NCBI GenBank assembly: GCA_963593015.1
Contig: CAVAYV010000077.1
Coordinates: 4,351-68,350 of the forward strand
DNA length: 64,000 nt
DNA from: a bacterium
GTDB lineage: Bacteria > Bacillota_I > Bacilli_A > RFN20 > CAG-826
Direction: 5' to 3'
The notes beneath the pieces were generated by a model that made no database searches, was not told the origin of the DNA, and saw only the letters and a program-made list of their open reading frames with translations. Both the position numbers and the translations under genes were made by a program. Position 1 is the first letter of the stretch; each line of letters begins with the position of its first letter. This document shows positions 25,854-34,562 of this stretch, one piece after another.

Positions 25854-25913
25854 GATTTTATCAAAAGCACGAACTAATAATAAAAGCACGATTCGATTAT
25901 CAAAAGCACGAAT
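25854..25913. repeat. three direct AAAAGCACGA repeats at 19-20 bp spacing (iteron-like)
   Basis: Copies at 25863-25872, 25882-25891 and 25902-25911. The outer two extend to (T)TATCAAAAGCACGAA. Confidence 0.8.
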
Positions 25914-25936
25914 AAACTTTTCATCCTAATTTATAT

Positions 25937-25967
25937 AGCCATTGGCAGAAATGCTGGTGGCTTTTTT
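25937..25967 (+). terminator. strand-specific hairpin plus T-run in ORF-free region
   Basis: AGCCATTGGC / GCTGGTGGCT 10-bp stem whose three G-U pairs only work in a + strand RNA, followed by TTTTTT. Confidence 0.55.
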
Positions 25968-26145
25968 CCATTCTATATAATTTTTGGACTTTTTTGAAAA
26001 ATAGGGACCACAAAAACGCCTCCACATCTCCATATGGTGAGCAAGAGATAACACGTCTTGCTTAGAAATCAAAAGGAGGTGTTCAAATAACACACTACCC
26101 TTTTTCCTTTTTTGTTAATGAAAAATTCTTTATAATACCTAAGTT

Positions 26146-26799
26146 ATGCAAAACGAAAACAAATTCTACAAAGATAGAAAAACAAATAACAATAGAAATG
26201 GCCATAATCACGAGCATTTCCAAAAAGGGAGATACATTGTAAGTGGATCCAGCAATCATTTCTCGAATGACCAAAAGAGAAACAAAAGCGAAAGTCATTT
26301 TCCTAAAAACGGCAATCAAAGCCAAAATAGGCGAAGTGGCAATCGGAACCGCGATTCTTTCTTAAGGAACAACAATTATGGCTTTCCGCGGGTGGAGAAT
26401 GAACCAAAGGAAGAAAGAACGCCAAGCCCTGTTTTGAATGTAGCTATCGATGATCATCCTAGGGCGATGGTTTTGCCATTCGATCAGAAGGCGCTAGACG
26501 ATATCAAGCCTAGAAAATACACTTCTGGCTATGAAATCCATAAAATCAATATCCAATTGGCCCGTTGGCTTACCTACGATGACTACCTTAAGAAATTAAG
26601 CGCAGCCACAGGGCTTGAATTCATGGATAAGAACTTCTTGAAGGTTGAAGGGAGTTATCTCCAAAAACTCAAGGATTTTGCGAAATCTCGCTTAAAAGAA
26701 AACGATTTGGACAGAAGCTTGCTTTCCTTTTATAAATATATGGCTTACTTTTCCGAATATGCCCTTGAAAACAAAACCGCGGTCATTTTCGATTTATAG
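26146..26799 (+). CDS. hypothetical protein: N/R/K-rich low-complexity N-terminus plus unrecognised ~125-aa C-terminal domain
   Basis: 217-aa ORF with no motif I recognise. TATAAT lies 9 nt upstream of the ATG and there is no SD. Confidence 0.5.
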   Translation: MQNENKFYKDRKTNNNRNGHNHEHFQKGRYIVSGSSNHFSNDQKRNKSESHFPKNGNQSQNRRSGNRNRDSFLRNNNYGFPRVENEPKEERTPSPVLNVAIDDHPRAMVLPFDQKALDDIKPRKYTSGYEIHKINIQLARWLTYDDYLKKLSAATGLEFMDKNFLKVEGSYLQKLKDFAKSRLKENDLDRSLLSFYKYMAYFSEYALENKTAVIFDL

Positions 26800-26815
26800 G
26801 GAAGTGGTGGCTGAT

Positions 26816-26959
26816 ATGAAAAAGAAAAGATATCTAATTGCCTTAGCCTTAATCTCTTTGGCTTTGCTTGCCTCTTGCGGAGGGAAAAAATCGAGCAAGG
26901 GCAATTGCGGGGGCAACGTTTGCCATGGCGCGGACATTATTTTGGTATTAGATAAGTGA
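26816..26959 (+). CDS. 47-aa lipoprotein precursor with Cys/His-rich mature peptide
   Basis: MKKKRYLIALALISLALLAS-C has a lipobox (LAS/C). The mature part is CGGKKSSKGNCGGNVCHGADIILVLDK. GGTGG lies 6 nt upstream. I trimmed the start from ORF-track 26759. Confidence 0.55.
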   Translation: MKKKRYLIALALISLALLASCGGKKSSKGNCGGNVCHGADIILVLDK

Positions 26960-27879
26960 ATATGGATTCTTTGAAGACCCTTTTTGAAAAAGAGCAGTAT
27001 CAGATGATACTTGATTTTACCTACAACGCCACGGATGGGGAGTCTCTTTTTTATCGAGCAAGCGCCTATTTGGCCTTGAATAAACCCGAAAAAGCCATGG
27101 AGATATTCCTGAAATATCGCAAAACGCTTTTTGATTACAATCCTCTCCTCACTCTGAAGCATAATTTTGAGCTTAGATCCCTTTTAAAAGAATTTGACGA
27201 AGCTGATGAGGATTATGAGGAATTCAGAAATTATCCTTATGTCTCGCAAGCGGTAGAGGAGAAAATCAAAAGCATACCGTCTTTTTTGCGTGACAAAGAA
27301 AAAGAAAGCTATGTCGAGAAAAGCCTCAGTAGCGACCAAGCAAAGCTTATTTTGAAAGAACATACAAATAATTATGATGTTTTGGCGACATTGGAAGCTA
27401 TTTCTCGAAGCGATTTGGCGCCATATACCAACGAAGTCATCTCTTTATTGCTCCCACCCATCCATATCAGTGTCAGAACCTATGCCTTGCTTTTGCTTAT
27501 TAAATTCAAATATGACAAAGAAGTTACCTTCGTCAATGCCGAAAAAGAATATCATTTGATTCCGAAAAATCTGGTTCCTCCTTTTGAAAGCGCGAGCGAT
27601 CGTTTGCTCAAGGAACGCCTGAGCAATGATATAAAGGACGGAAGCGTTTCAAAGATCGCTTATTCTATCTATTCCGATTTTTGCCTTTCTTTATACCCAA
27701 CTTCAATTTTCGCTAAATATTCTTTCGATGTTGTCGAGGCTTCTCTTTTGAATCTCGCTAAAGATTATCTGAAAAGCTCTATCGATTTATCCTCTTTGAA
27801 TAGTTTGTTGGATAGCGATGAGCTAAAAGAGTGTGAAAAATACATTGAGACGATTCTCTCTTCCGTTCCTTCTCTTTGA
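26956..27879 (+). CDS. all-helical hypothetical protein (possibly DUF3196/MPN330-like), upstream of tig
   Basis: ~305 aa with TPR-like helical repeats at the N-terminus. GTG 26956 overlaps the lipoprotein stop; alternative ATG at 26962. The family assignment is from memory only. Confidence 0.5.
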   Translation: MNMDSLKTLFEKEQYQMILDFTYNATDGESLFYRASAYLALNKPEKAMEIFLKYRKTLFDYNPLLTLKHNFELRSLLKEFDEADEDYEEFRNYPYVSQAVEEKIKSIPSFLRDKEKESYVEKSLSSDQAKLILKEHTNNYDVLATLEAISRSDLAPYTNEVISLLLPPIHISVRTYALLLLIKFKYDKEVTFVNAEKEYHLIPKNLVPPFESASDRLLKERLSNDIKDGSVSKIAYSIYSDFCLSLYPTSIFAKYSFDVVEASLLNLAKDYLKSSIDLSSLNSLLDSDELKECEKYIETILSSVPSL

Positions 27880-27922
27880 AAAACGGCTATTTTAAAAAAT
27901 GTTCGATTTAGTGCTTTTTATT

Positions 27923-27951
27923 TTGGCAAAAGAAGGCTTTAAGAGTATACT
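27923..27951 (+). promoter_or_regulatory. sigma-A-type promoter of tig
   Basis: TTGGCA-17 nt-TATACT. The leader contains a GCTCTCT/AGAGAGC hairpin (27973-27990) before the SD. Confidence 0.6.
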
Positions 27952-28009
27952 CTTCCTCGTGAACGTTTTACGCTCTCTTTTAAGAGAGCCACAATTTGAG
28001 GTAAAATAA

Positions 28010-29299
28010 ATGAAACGCACTATCAAAAAAATCAGCGATTCCAAAATCGAGTTGACCGTCGAAGTCGACAAAGACCTTTGGAAAGCCGCCCAAGAAAAAG
28101 CTTTTGACAAAGTCTCAAGCAAAGTGACCGTCAAAGGTTTCCGCCCAGGCAAAGCCCCAAAAGCCATGTTAAAGCAATACACGAGCCAAGAAGCTGTCTT
28201 CAACGAAGCTATTGAAGAGGTTTTGAATCCAGTCTTTGCCCAAGCCATCACCGAAGAAAAACTCGAGCCTTTCTTCCGCCCAGGCGTCAATGTCACCAAA
28301 CTCTCTTTCGATGAATTGACGATCGTCTACACCATCATCACCACTCCAAAGGTGACCTTAGGCGAATACAAAGGCTTAAGCGCCAAAAAAGAAGCCCCAG
28401 CCGTCAGCGACAAAGAAATCGACGATGCCATCAATTCTCGCTTAGCAAATAGCGCCGAATTGGTCTTGGTTGACCGCGCCGCTAAATTAGGGGACACCGT
28501 CACTTTTGATTTCTTAGGGAAAACCGCCAACGAAAAAGGCGATATGGTCCCATTTGATGGCGGAGCCGCCAATAACTATTCTTTGGAATTAGGCAGCAAC
28601 CAATTCGTCCCTGGCTTTGAAGACGGGCTCGTTGGTTTAAAGGCTGGCGACAAAAAGACCCTCGATATCACCTTCCCAGAAAATTATGTCAAGGAATTGG
28701 CGGGCAAAAAAGCCATCTTCGATTGCCTTGTCCACGAAGTCAAAGAGAAGAAAGTCCCAACCTTGACCGATGAAGCTGTCGCCGATCTTGAAATCAAAGA
28801 CGTCAAGACCGTGGCTGAGCTCAAAGAATTCGAGAAAAAGAGAATCTTGGAAGGCAAAGTCCAAAATTCCGAAAACGCCTATTATAATGAAATTATCAAT
28901 AAGATCGTTGACGGCGCCAAATATGACATCGCCGAAGAAGTCATCTTAAACGAAGCCGCTGCGATGGAAGACAATTTCAAAAAGCAAGTCGAAAGCAATG
29001 GCTTGACCTTTGAGCAATATTTGCAAATCACCGGCACCAAAGAAGCGGATTTGCGCGCTTCCTATAAAGCCGATGCCGAGAAAAACATCAAAGGATTCCT
29101 TGCCTTGAATGAAATCGCCAAAGCTGAAAAGATCAATGTCACCGATGATGATTTGAAAGCCGAAGCCGAGAAGCGTGCCGCTGACTATGGCATGAAGGCC
29201 GAAGACATCCTTAAGTACATGAATCAAGACAAGAATCGTTGGACTGGCATGATCCGTGACCAAAAGATTCGCGACTTCATCTTAAGCGTAAGCAAATAA
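28010..29299 (+). CDS. tig: trigger factor
   Basis: N-terminal ribosome-binding GFRPGKAP motif, central FKBP PPIase (FVPGFEDGLVG), helical C-terminal domain. Confidence 0.95.
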   Translation: MKRTIKKISDSKIELTVEVDKDLWKAAQEKAFDKVSSKVTVKGFRPGKAPKAMLKQYTSQEAVFNEAIEEVLNPVFAQAITEEKLEPFFRPGVNVTKLSFDELTIVYTIITTPKVTLGEYKGLSAKKEAPAVSDKEIDDAINSRLANSAELVLVDRAAKLGDTVTFDFLGKTANEKGDMVPFDGGAANNYSLELGSNQFVPGFEDGLVGLKAGDKKTLDITFPENYVKELAGKKAIFDCLVHEVKEKKVPTLTDEAVADLEIKDVKTVAELKEFEKKRILEGKVQNSENAYYNEIINKIVDGAKYDIAEEVILNEAAAMEDNFKKQVESNGLTFEQYLQITGTKEADLRASYKADAEKNIKGFLALNEIAKAEKINVTDDDLKAEAEKRAADYGMKAEDILKYMNQDKNRWTGMIRDQKIRDFILSVSK

Positions 29300-29348
29300 A
29301 ATAACATTCATTCGTATTAATATTAACGGGTGAAAAGGAGGGGCAAAT

Positions 29349-31700
29349 ATGCCAAATGAAGATAGCAAACTGACATTGCCTCTGCTCATCACGCGCGGTC
29401 TAATCGTTTTCCCTTCGATGAGCGAAAACATTGACGTTGGCCGCGCTTTTAGCGTCAAAGCGCTTGAGCAAGCAAAACAAAACACCAACTCCCTAATTCT
29501 CGTTACCGCCCAAAAAGACGGAACCGAAGACGACTTCAAAGATGTTAAAGATAGCATCTTTGCCGTAGCGACCTTATGCCGCATCACTAGCGCCATCAAA
29601 CAAGATGATTCCTATAAGGTGCGCGTTTATGCCACTAAACGGGCGAAATTGGATAATATCCGCTTGGAAGATGGCTATTATCTGGCCGATGCTACCATTT
29701 TGGAAGATGAACTCGGCGATAAAGAAGAAGAGGCAAAACTCGTTCATGATATCGTTGACACAATCGCTAGCAATCCTTATTTAGGGAAAAGGATCCCTCG
29801 CGCGGTTTTTAACAATATGGATCATGGGATCACTCCGAATGATCTAAGCAACTCCTTGGCGAATTATCTTGATTTGGATTCTAGCGAAAGAGAGCAGATT
29901 CTTTTGACCGATAACGTCAATGACCGCTTAAGGCTATTGCTAAGCGCTTTGAACGCCAAAAAAGAGATCGCCGCTTTGGACGAAAAACTCAATGACACCG
30001 TCCGCGAAAAAACCGAGAAGAGCCAAAAAGAATATTACCTCCGCGAAAAAATGAAGGCCATCCGCGATGAACTTGGCGAAGGCGAAGGTGCTGATAGTGC
30101 CGACAAAATCCGCGAAAGACTCGAAAAAGAACCTTATCCCGAAAACATCAAAAAGAAGGTTTTGAGTGAGCTTCGCCGCTATAACATGATGCCAGAATCC
30201 TCTCTTGAGGCCTCTTTGATTTTGACTTACATCGAGACCCTCATGAATGTCCCTTGGTACCAAGAAACAATCGATAACGAAGATCTAGAAAACGCCAAGA
30301 AAATCCTTGATGAAGATCACTATGGCTTGAAGAAAGTCAAAGAGAGAATAATCGAATATCTTGCGGTCAAAAAGAGCACTGGCAGTTTAAAAGCCCCGAT
30401 ACTTTGTTTCTATGGGCCGCCTGGATGCGGAAAAACCTCTTTAGGGAAATCCATCGCCAAAGCTTTGGGGAGAAAATTCTTCAAAGCGAGCTTAGGCGGC
30501 ATTTCCGATGAGGCCGAAATCCGAGGGCATAGAAGGACCTATGTCGGATCGATGCCTGGGCGCATCATCCAAGGGATGACGAAAGTCGGCGTCAATAACC
30601 CGGTTTTCTTGCTTGATGAAATCGATAAGATCGGCGGAGCCAATTACAAAGGCGACCCATCAAGCGCGATGCTTGAGGTTTTAGACCCTGAGCAAAACAC
30701 TTCCTTTAACGATAATTATCTAGAAGAGCCTTACGATTTATCGAATGTTCTCTTCTTATGCACCGCGAACTATTTAGAGAATGTCCCCGCTCCGCTTTTA
30801 GACCGTTTGGAATTGATTGAAGTTCCTTCTTATACCGAACTTGAGAAAATTCAAATCGCGAAAGGCTTCTTGATCAAGAAGCAAATGGGCTTGAATGGCT
30901 TGAAAGAAGGAGAGGTCGAATTCAGCGAAGATGGCATCAAAGAAATCATCGAATGCTACACTCGCGAAGCGGGCGTGCGCAATCTCGAACGCCTTATCGC
31001 CACTTGCTGCCGGAAGGCCGTCGTAAGCTTGATTGGCAATCCTTCGCAACCACGCCCGATTCATATCGATGAGGCGAAAGTCAAAGAATATCTCGGAGTG
31101 GAGATTTTCGAAGATACCAAGAAAGAGAAAGCCCCGCAGATTGGCGTTGTCACTGGCTTGGCCTATACCGAATTCGGTGGCGATATCCTTCCTATCGAAG
31201 TGACTTATTTCCCTTCGAAGGCCCCATCTTTGGTTTTGACTGGCAAATTAGGCGATGTCATGAAAGAATCCGCGACCATTGCCTTGGATTATGTTCGAGC
31301 GAATGCCAAAAAATATGGCATCAAGGAAGATATCTTCAATGAGAACACCATCCATATCCACGTTCCAGAAGGAGCGGTCCCTAAAGATGGCCCTAGCGCT
31401 GGCGTTGCGATCACTACGGCGATAATCTCTTGCCTTAGCAAGATTCCAGTCGATAACAATGTCGCAATGACAGGCGAAGTAACTTTAAGAGGCAATGCCC
31501 TTCCTATCGGCGGATTAAGGGAGAAATCTCTAGCGGCATTAAGAAGCGGCATCAAAACGATCATCGTTCCGATCGAAAATAAGAAAGATGTGACTGAACT
31601 TCCTAATGAAGTGAAGAAGGATCTTGAGATCATCTTCATGGAAAAAGTCGACGATGCCTTGAAAGTCGCTTTGTTAGAAGAGATGAAACCTCTTGAATAA
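29349..31700 (+). CDS. lon: ATP-dependent Lon protease
   Basis: LON N-terminal domain, GPPGCGKTS Walker A, protease DGPSAGVA with catalytic Ser, and the later K. Confidence 0.96.
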   Translation: MPNEDSKLTLPLLITRGLIVFPSMSENIDVGRAFSVKALEQAKQNTNSLILVTAQKDGTEDDFKDVKDSIFAVATLCRITSAIKQDDSYKVRVYATKRAKLDNIRLEDGYYLADATILEDELGDKEEEAKLVHDIVDTIASNPYLGKRIPRAVFNNMDHGITPNDLSNSLANYLDLDSSEREQILLTDNVNDRLRLLLSALNAKKEIAALDEKLNDTVREKTEKSQKEYYLREKMKAIRDELGEGEGADSADKIRERLEKEPYPENIKKKVLSELRRYNMMPESSLEASLILTYIETLMNVPWYQETIDNEDLENAKKILDEDHYGLKKVKERIIEYLAVKKSTGSLKAPILCFYGPPGCGKTSLGKSIAKALGRKFFKASLGGISDEAEIRGHRRTYVGSMPGRIIQGMTKVGVNNPVFLLDEIDKIGGANYKGDPSSAMLEVLDPEQNTSFNDNYLEEPYDLSNVLFLCTANYLENVPAPLLDRLELIEVPSYTELEKIQIAKGFLIKKQMGLNGLKEGEVEFSEDGIKEIIECYTREAGVRNLERLIATCCRKAVVSLIGNPSQPRPIHIDEAKVKEYLGVEIFEDTKKEKAPQIGVVTGLAYTEFGGDILPIEVTYFPSKAPSLVLTGKLGDVMKESATIALDYVRANAKKYGIKEDIFNENTIHIHVPEGAVPKDGPSAGVAITTAIISCLSKIPVDNNVAMTGEVTLRGNALPIGGLREKSLAALRSGIKTIIVPIENKKDVTELPNEVKKDLEIIFMEKVDDALKVALLEEMKPLE

Positions 31701-31708
31701 AGTTTCTA

Positions 31709-31733
31709 AGGTCTAGAGAAATCTAGGCCTTTT
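31709..31733 (+). terminator. terminator after lon
   Basis: AAGGTCTAGA / TCTAGGCCTT 10-bp stem (one G-U pair), GAAA loop, followed by TTTATTT. Confidence 0.6.
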
Positions 31734-31748
31734 ATTTATAATTTGACT

Positions 31749-32324
31749 ATGGCAAAAGTAAATTTCAGAAACGTCAAATACGTGACTAGCTATCTCAAAA
31801 AAGAAGAAAGGCCGTTCGACAAAAAGAAAGATGTCGTATTTTTAGGCAAATCAAATGTCGGCAAATCTTCTCTCATCAATTCTTTGGTCTCCCAAAAAAT
31901 CGCTTTCAGCTCCAAAAAAGCCGGAAAAACTCAATTGCTGAACTATTTTTTGGTGGACAATCGTTTTTATATCGTCGATGCGCCAGGATACGGCTACACC
32001 GCCTATGGAACGAAAAAAGACGAAGTGTTCTCGGAAATGATGGAATCTTATTTTGTGGATAATCAGAATCTCTCCGGGGCTTGTATGCTCGTTGATGTGA
32101 GGAGAGGAATTCTCGAAAACGAAGAGAGCATGATCAATTATCTGCTGGAATTGAAGATACCTATTTTGATCATTTACACAAAATGTGACACAGTCGGGCA
32201 AAAAGAGATGAATTTGGCCAAAAAAGAGGCGGCTTTGTTCAAAAATGTCCCTGTTTACTATAGTGACAAGAACAAAGACTATGATGATCTGAGAAAGCTT
32301 TTGGTGACGACTTTCCATTTGTAG
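31749..32324 (+). CDS. engB: ribosome biogenesis GTPase EngB/YsxC
   Basis: GKSNVGKSSLINSL (G1), DAPGYG (G3), TKCD (G4). Follows lon as in Bacillus. ATG 31749; alternative TTG at 31743. Confidence 0.9.
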   Translation: MAKVNFRNVKYVTSYLKKEERPFDKKKDVVFLGKSNVGKSSLINSLVSQKIAFSSKKAGKTQLLNYFLVDNRFYIVDAPGYGYTAYGTKKDEVFSEMMESYFVDNQNLSGACMLVDVRRGILENEESMINYLLELKIPILIIYTKCDTVGQKEMNLAKKEAALFKNVPVYYSDKNKDYDDLRKLLVTTFHL

Positions 32325-32386
32325 ATGCTTTCTCTTTAAATAAAAAGCCGTTGAATTTAGAATATTGAAATTAGAAGGGACTAACT

Positions 32387-34162
32387 ATGATTACTGATTG
32401 GAATTTAAAAAACATTTACGAAAACGATGATCTTTATGAAGCTGACATCAAGCGTTTGAAGGATTATTTTACGCCGAAAGTGGCTTCTTTGACGGGAAAA
32501 CTCGGCAGTGAAGAAGGATTTAAGGAATATCTTGACTTGAATATCGAATTGAACAAAAGCCTATCCAAAGCCTTTGTTTACGCCTCGATGAGAAGCGATT
32601 TGGACAAAAGAGACGTCAAAAACAGCGAGGCTTTGATGAGGGCGGAACTTGCTTATCAAGATTATCAAAGCGCATCTTCCTATGCCGATCCCGAAATTCT
32701 TGCTTTAGGCAGAGACTACGTGGCTTCCTTTTTAGCAAAAAACCCGCAATACAAAGAATTCGATCTTTCTTTCGACGAGCTTTTTAGGAATGCCGATCAT
32801 ATTTTAAGCGCGGATAAGGAAAAACTTTTAAGTGCCTATGCCCCACTTAATAATAAGGGCAGCGATTTGTATAGCACTTTGGCCGTGGCTGACGGAATGG
32901 ATCATGAAGCTAGCTTAAGCGATGGCTCTAAAGTGATGGTCAACCAATCCAATTGGACGTCTTTGATTGCGAAAGAGACAAAACAAGAAGACAGGGCAGC
33001 GATTTTCGAAGCCCTCTATAAGAGCTATGACGAGCGTAAAAACACCTTTGGCGAAATCTATAATAGCACCTTGCAAGGCGAGCTTGCCATAATGAAAGCC
33101 CGTGGCTATTCCTCGATTTTGGAAGAGCATCTGTATGGGAATAACATCCCTGTTGATGTTTTCAAGAATTTGGTTTCGGTCGCCAGCGAAAATGCCGAGC
33201 CTCTTCATAAATATTATCGAATCCGCGCCAAATACTTAGGCTTAGAAAAACATCGCTCCTACGATAGATTCGTCGAGCTTGCCCAAAGCGATAAGAAATA
33301 TAGCTATGAAGAAGCGCGTGACCTTTTCTATAAATCCATCGAGAATTATAGTGAGGACTACAAAGCGAAAGCCCGTGAAGTGACTAAAGAAGGATATGTC
33401 GATGTTTTCGCGAAGGCCGGGAAAAGGACTGGGGCCTATTCGACAGGCGGAAATGGTGTCCATCCTTTCATCTTATTGAATTTCAACGGCACTTTGGATG
33501 ACGTTTTCACCTTGGCTCACGAATCAGGCCATAGCGTTCATACATTGTACGCCGATGAGTCTCAGCCGACGATGAAACAAGGATATACGATCTTCGTCGC
33601 GGAAATCGCAAGCACCTTCAATGAGCATAATATGCTCGATTATTTGCTATCTAGCGGCAGTCTTGACAAAAAGAGCAAAATCGCCTTGCTCCAAAAAGCC
33701 ATCGATGAGATAGTCGCAACTTTCTACCGCCAGACCTTATTCGGCCAATACGAATACGAAATCGCCACCAAAGCGGAAAAAGGGGAACCGATCAACCATC
33801 AGGTCTTGTCCGATGAGATGACTAAACTCTATAAAACATATTACGGCATCGATATTTCCGAAGAGAAGGTCAAGCCTCTGGTCTGGGCTTATATCCCGCA
33901 CCTTTTCTATACCCCATTCTATGTTTATCAATATGCGACAAGCTACACCGCCTCAATGCTTCTTTATGAAAATTACAAGAATAAGAAGCCTGGCGCTTTC
34001 GAGGCTTTCACTAACCTTTTGAAGGGAGGGAGCAGCGATTATCCGACTGAGTTAGTCAAGAAAGCCGGCGTTGATCTCACAAAGAGAGAGACTTTCTACG
34101 CGGTCACTGACAGAATGAAACAATTAGTCGATGAACTAGAAAGGACTTTATTCGATGATTAA
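32387..34162 (+). CDS. pepF: oligoendopeptidase F (M3B)
   Basis: HESGHSVH zinc motif and ~590 aa M3B architecture. Confidence 0.9.
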   Translation: MITDWNLKNIYENDDLYEADIKRLKDYFTPKVASLTGKLGSEEGFKEYLDLNIELNKSLSKAFVYASMRSDLDKRDVKNSEALMRAELAYQDYQSASSYADPEILALGRDYVASFLAKNPQYKEFDLSFDELFRNADHILSADKEKLLSAYAPLNNKGSDLYSTLAVADGMDHEASLSDGSKVMVNQSNWTSLIAKETKQEDRAAIFEALYKSYDERKNTFGEIYNSTLQGELAIMKARGYSSILEEHLYGNNIPVDVFKNLVSVASENAEPLHKYYRIRAKYLGLEKHRSYDRFVELAQSDKKYSYEEARDLFYKSIENYSEDYKAKAREVTKEGYVDVFAKAGKRTGAYSTGGNGVHPFILLNFNGTLDDVFTLAHESGHSVHTLYADESQPTMKQGYTIFVAEIASTFNEHNMLDYLLSSGSLDKKSKIALLQKAIDEIVATFYRQTLFGQYEYEIATKAEKGEPINHQVLSDEMTKLYKTYYGIDISEEKVKPLVWAYIPHLFYTPFYVYQYATSYTASMLLYENYKNKKPGAFEAFTNLLKGGSSDYPTELVKKAGVDLTKRETFYAVTDRMKQLVDELERTLFDD

Positions 34163-34490
34163 CGAAAAAGATTTGAAGCTTTTTGAAAATCTTCTCAATG
34201 ACGCGGTGAAGCTCTACAACTTTCTGTGCCAATATTCTTATGAAGAGGTCAAAGGCAATAAGGTTTTACAAAAAGCTATTGGCTTCGAAATCATCCATTT
34301 GGTCCGGGATTACAAGAAACTAGGCGGACGTTTTGCCGCTGAATTCGGCGAAATGCATGAGATACTGAAAGACTATGGAAGCGCCATCGAAGGCGACATC
34401 CATAGCGCTGATTTGCTTGATCTCGCTAGCAAAGCCAAAAGCGATTTGCCAAAACTCATCAAGCAGCTTAAAAGCGCGATGCAAAAGTAA
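34155..34490 (+). CDS. small helical protein, possibly degenerate DUF86/HepT-like
   Basis: 111 aa. NKVLQKAIGFEIIHLVRDYKKL and ...DLPKLIKQLKSAM parallel the DUF86 helix pattern, but no R-x4-H-x-Y motif is visible. 8-nt overlap with pepF. Confidence 0.35.
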   Translation: MINEKDLKLFENLLNDAVKLYNFLCQYSYEEVKGNKVLQKAIGFEIIHLVRDYKKLGGRFAAEFGEMHEILKDYGSAIEGDIHSADLLDLASKAKSDLPKLIKQLKSAMQK

Positions 34491-34562
34491 AGAAGGGGGT
34501 CAAGGGGCTTGCAAAAGTTCATTGACCCTTTAAAATAATCTACTTTCCTTAGGAGGTTTTTT

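Noticed and set aside
25854-25913. CRISPR array interpretation of the AAAAGCACGA repeats.
   Set aside because: There are only three copies of a 10-15 nt unit with 9-10 nt between them. No cas genes are present and no repeat palindrome is visible. This is not CRISPR-like.
25930-26031. 35-aa minus-strand ORF (MEMWRRFCGPYFSKKSKNYIEWKKATSISANGYIN) in the tRNA-flanking region, considered as an integrase remnant.
   Set aside because: It has no SD and no recognisable recombinase motif, and it is too short to evaluate. I treat the region as non-coding.
26095-26325. 76-aa hydrophobic minus-strand ORF overlapping the start of ORF 26146.
   Set aside because: It has a TTG start and no SD. It mirrors an A/N/K-rich sense frame, which gives F/L/I-rich antisense sequence. 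I kept it only as a caveat in the finding on 26146..26799.
25719-27900. Integrated mobile element or prophage at tRNA-Arg.
   Set aside because: I found no integrase, transposase, or phage or plasmid genes. I also found no duplication of the tRNA 3' end downstream. Only a weak 10-nt AT-rich direct repeat remains, and it is reported as a low-interest finding.
29300-29348. CIRCE (HrcA) or CtsR operator upstream of lon.
   Set aside because: I looked for TTAGCACTC-N9-GAGTGCTAA and for GGTCAAA direct repeats. Neither is present in the 49-bp tig-lon spacer.
31851-32318. Long antisense ORFs fully nested in conserved genes. Examples are 31851..32318 inside engB, 62496..62978 inside xerD, 11634..12080 inside rsmH, 18242..18697 across lspA/rluD, 24390..24842 across uvrC/HD, and 42011..42379 inside obg.
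   Set aside because: All oppose genes with clear family motifs. None has an SD or promoter signal, and their compositions mirror the sense frame. They are typical shadow ORFs.
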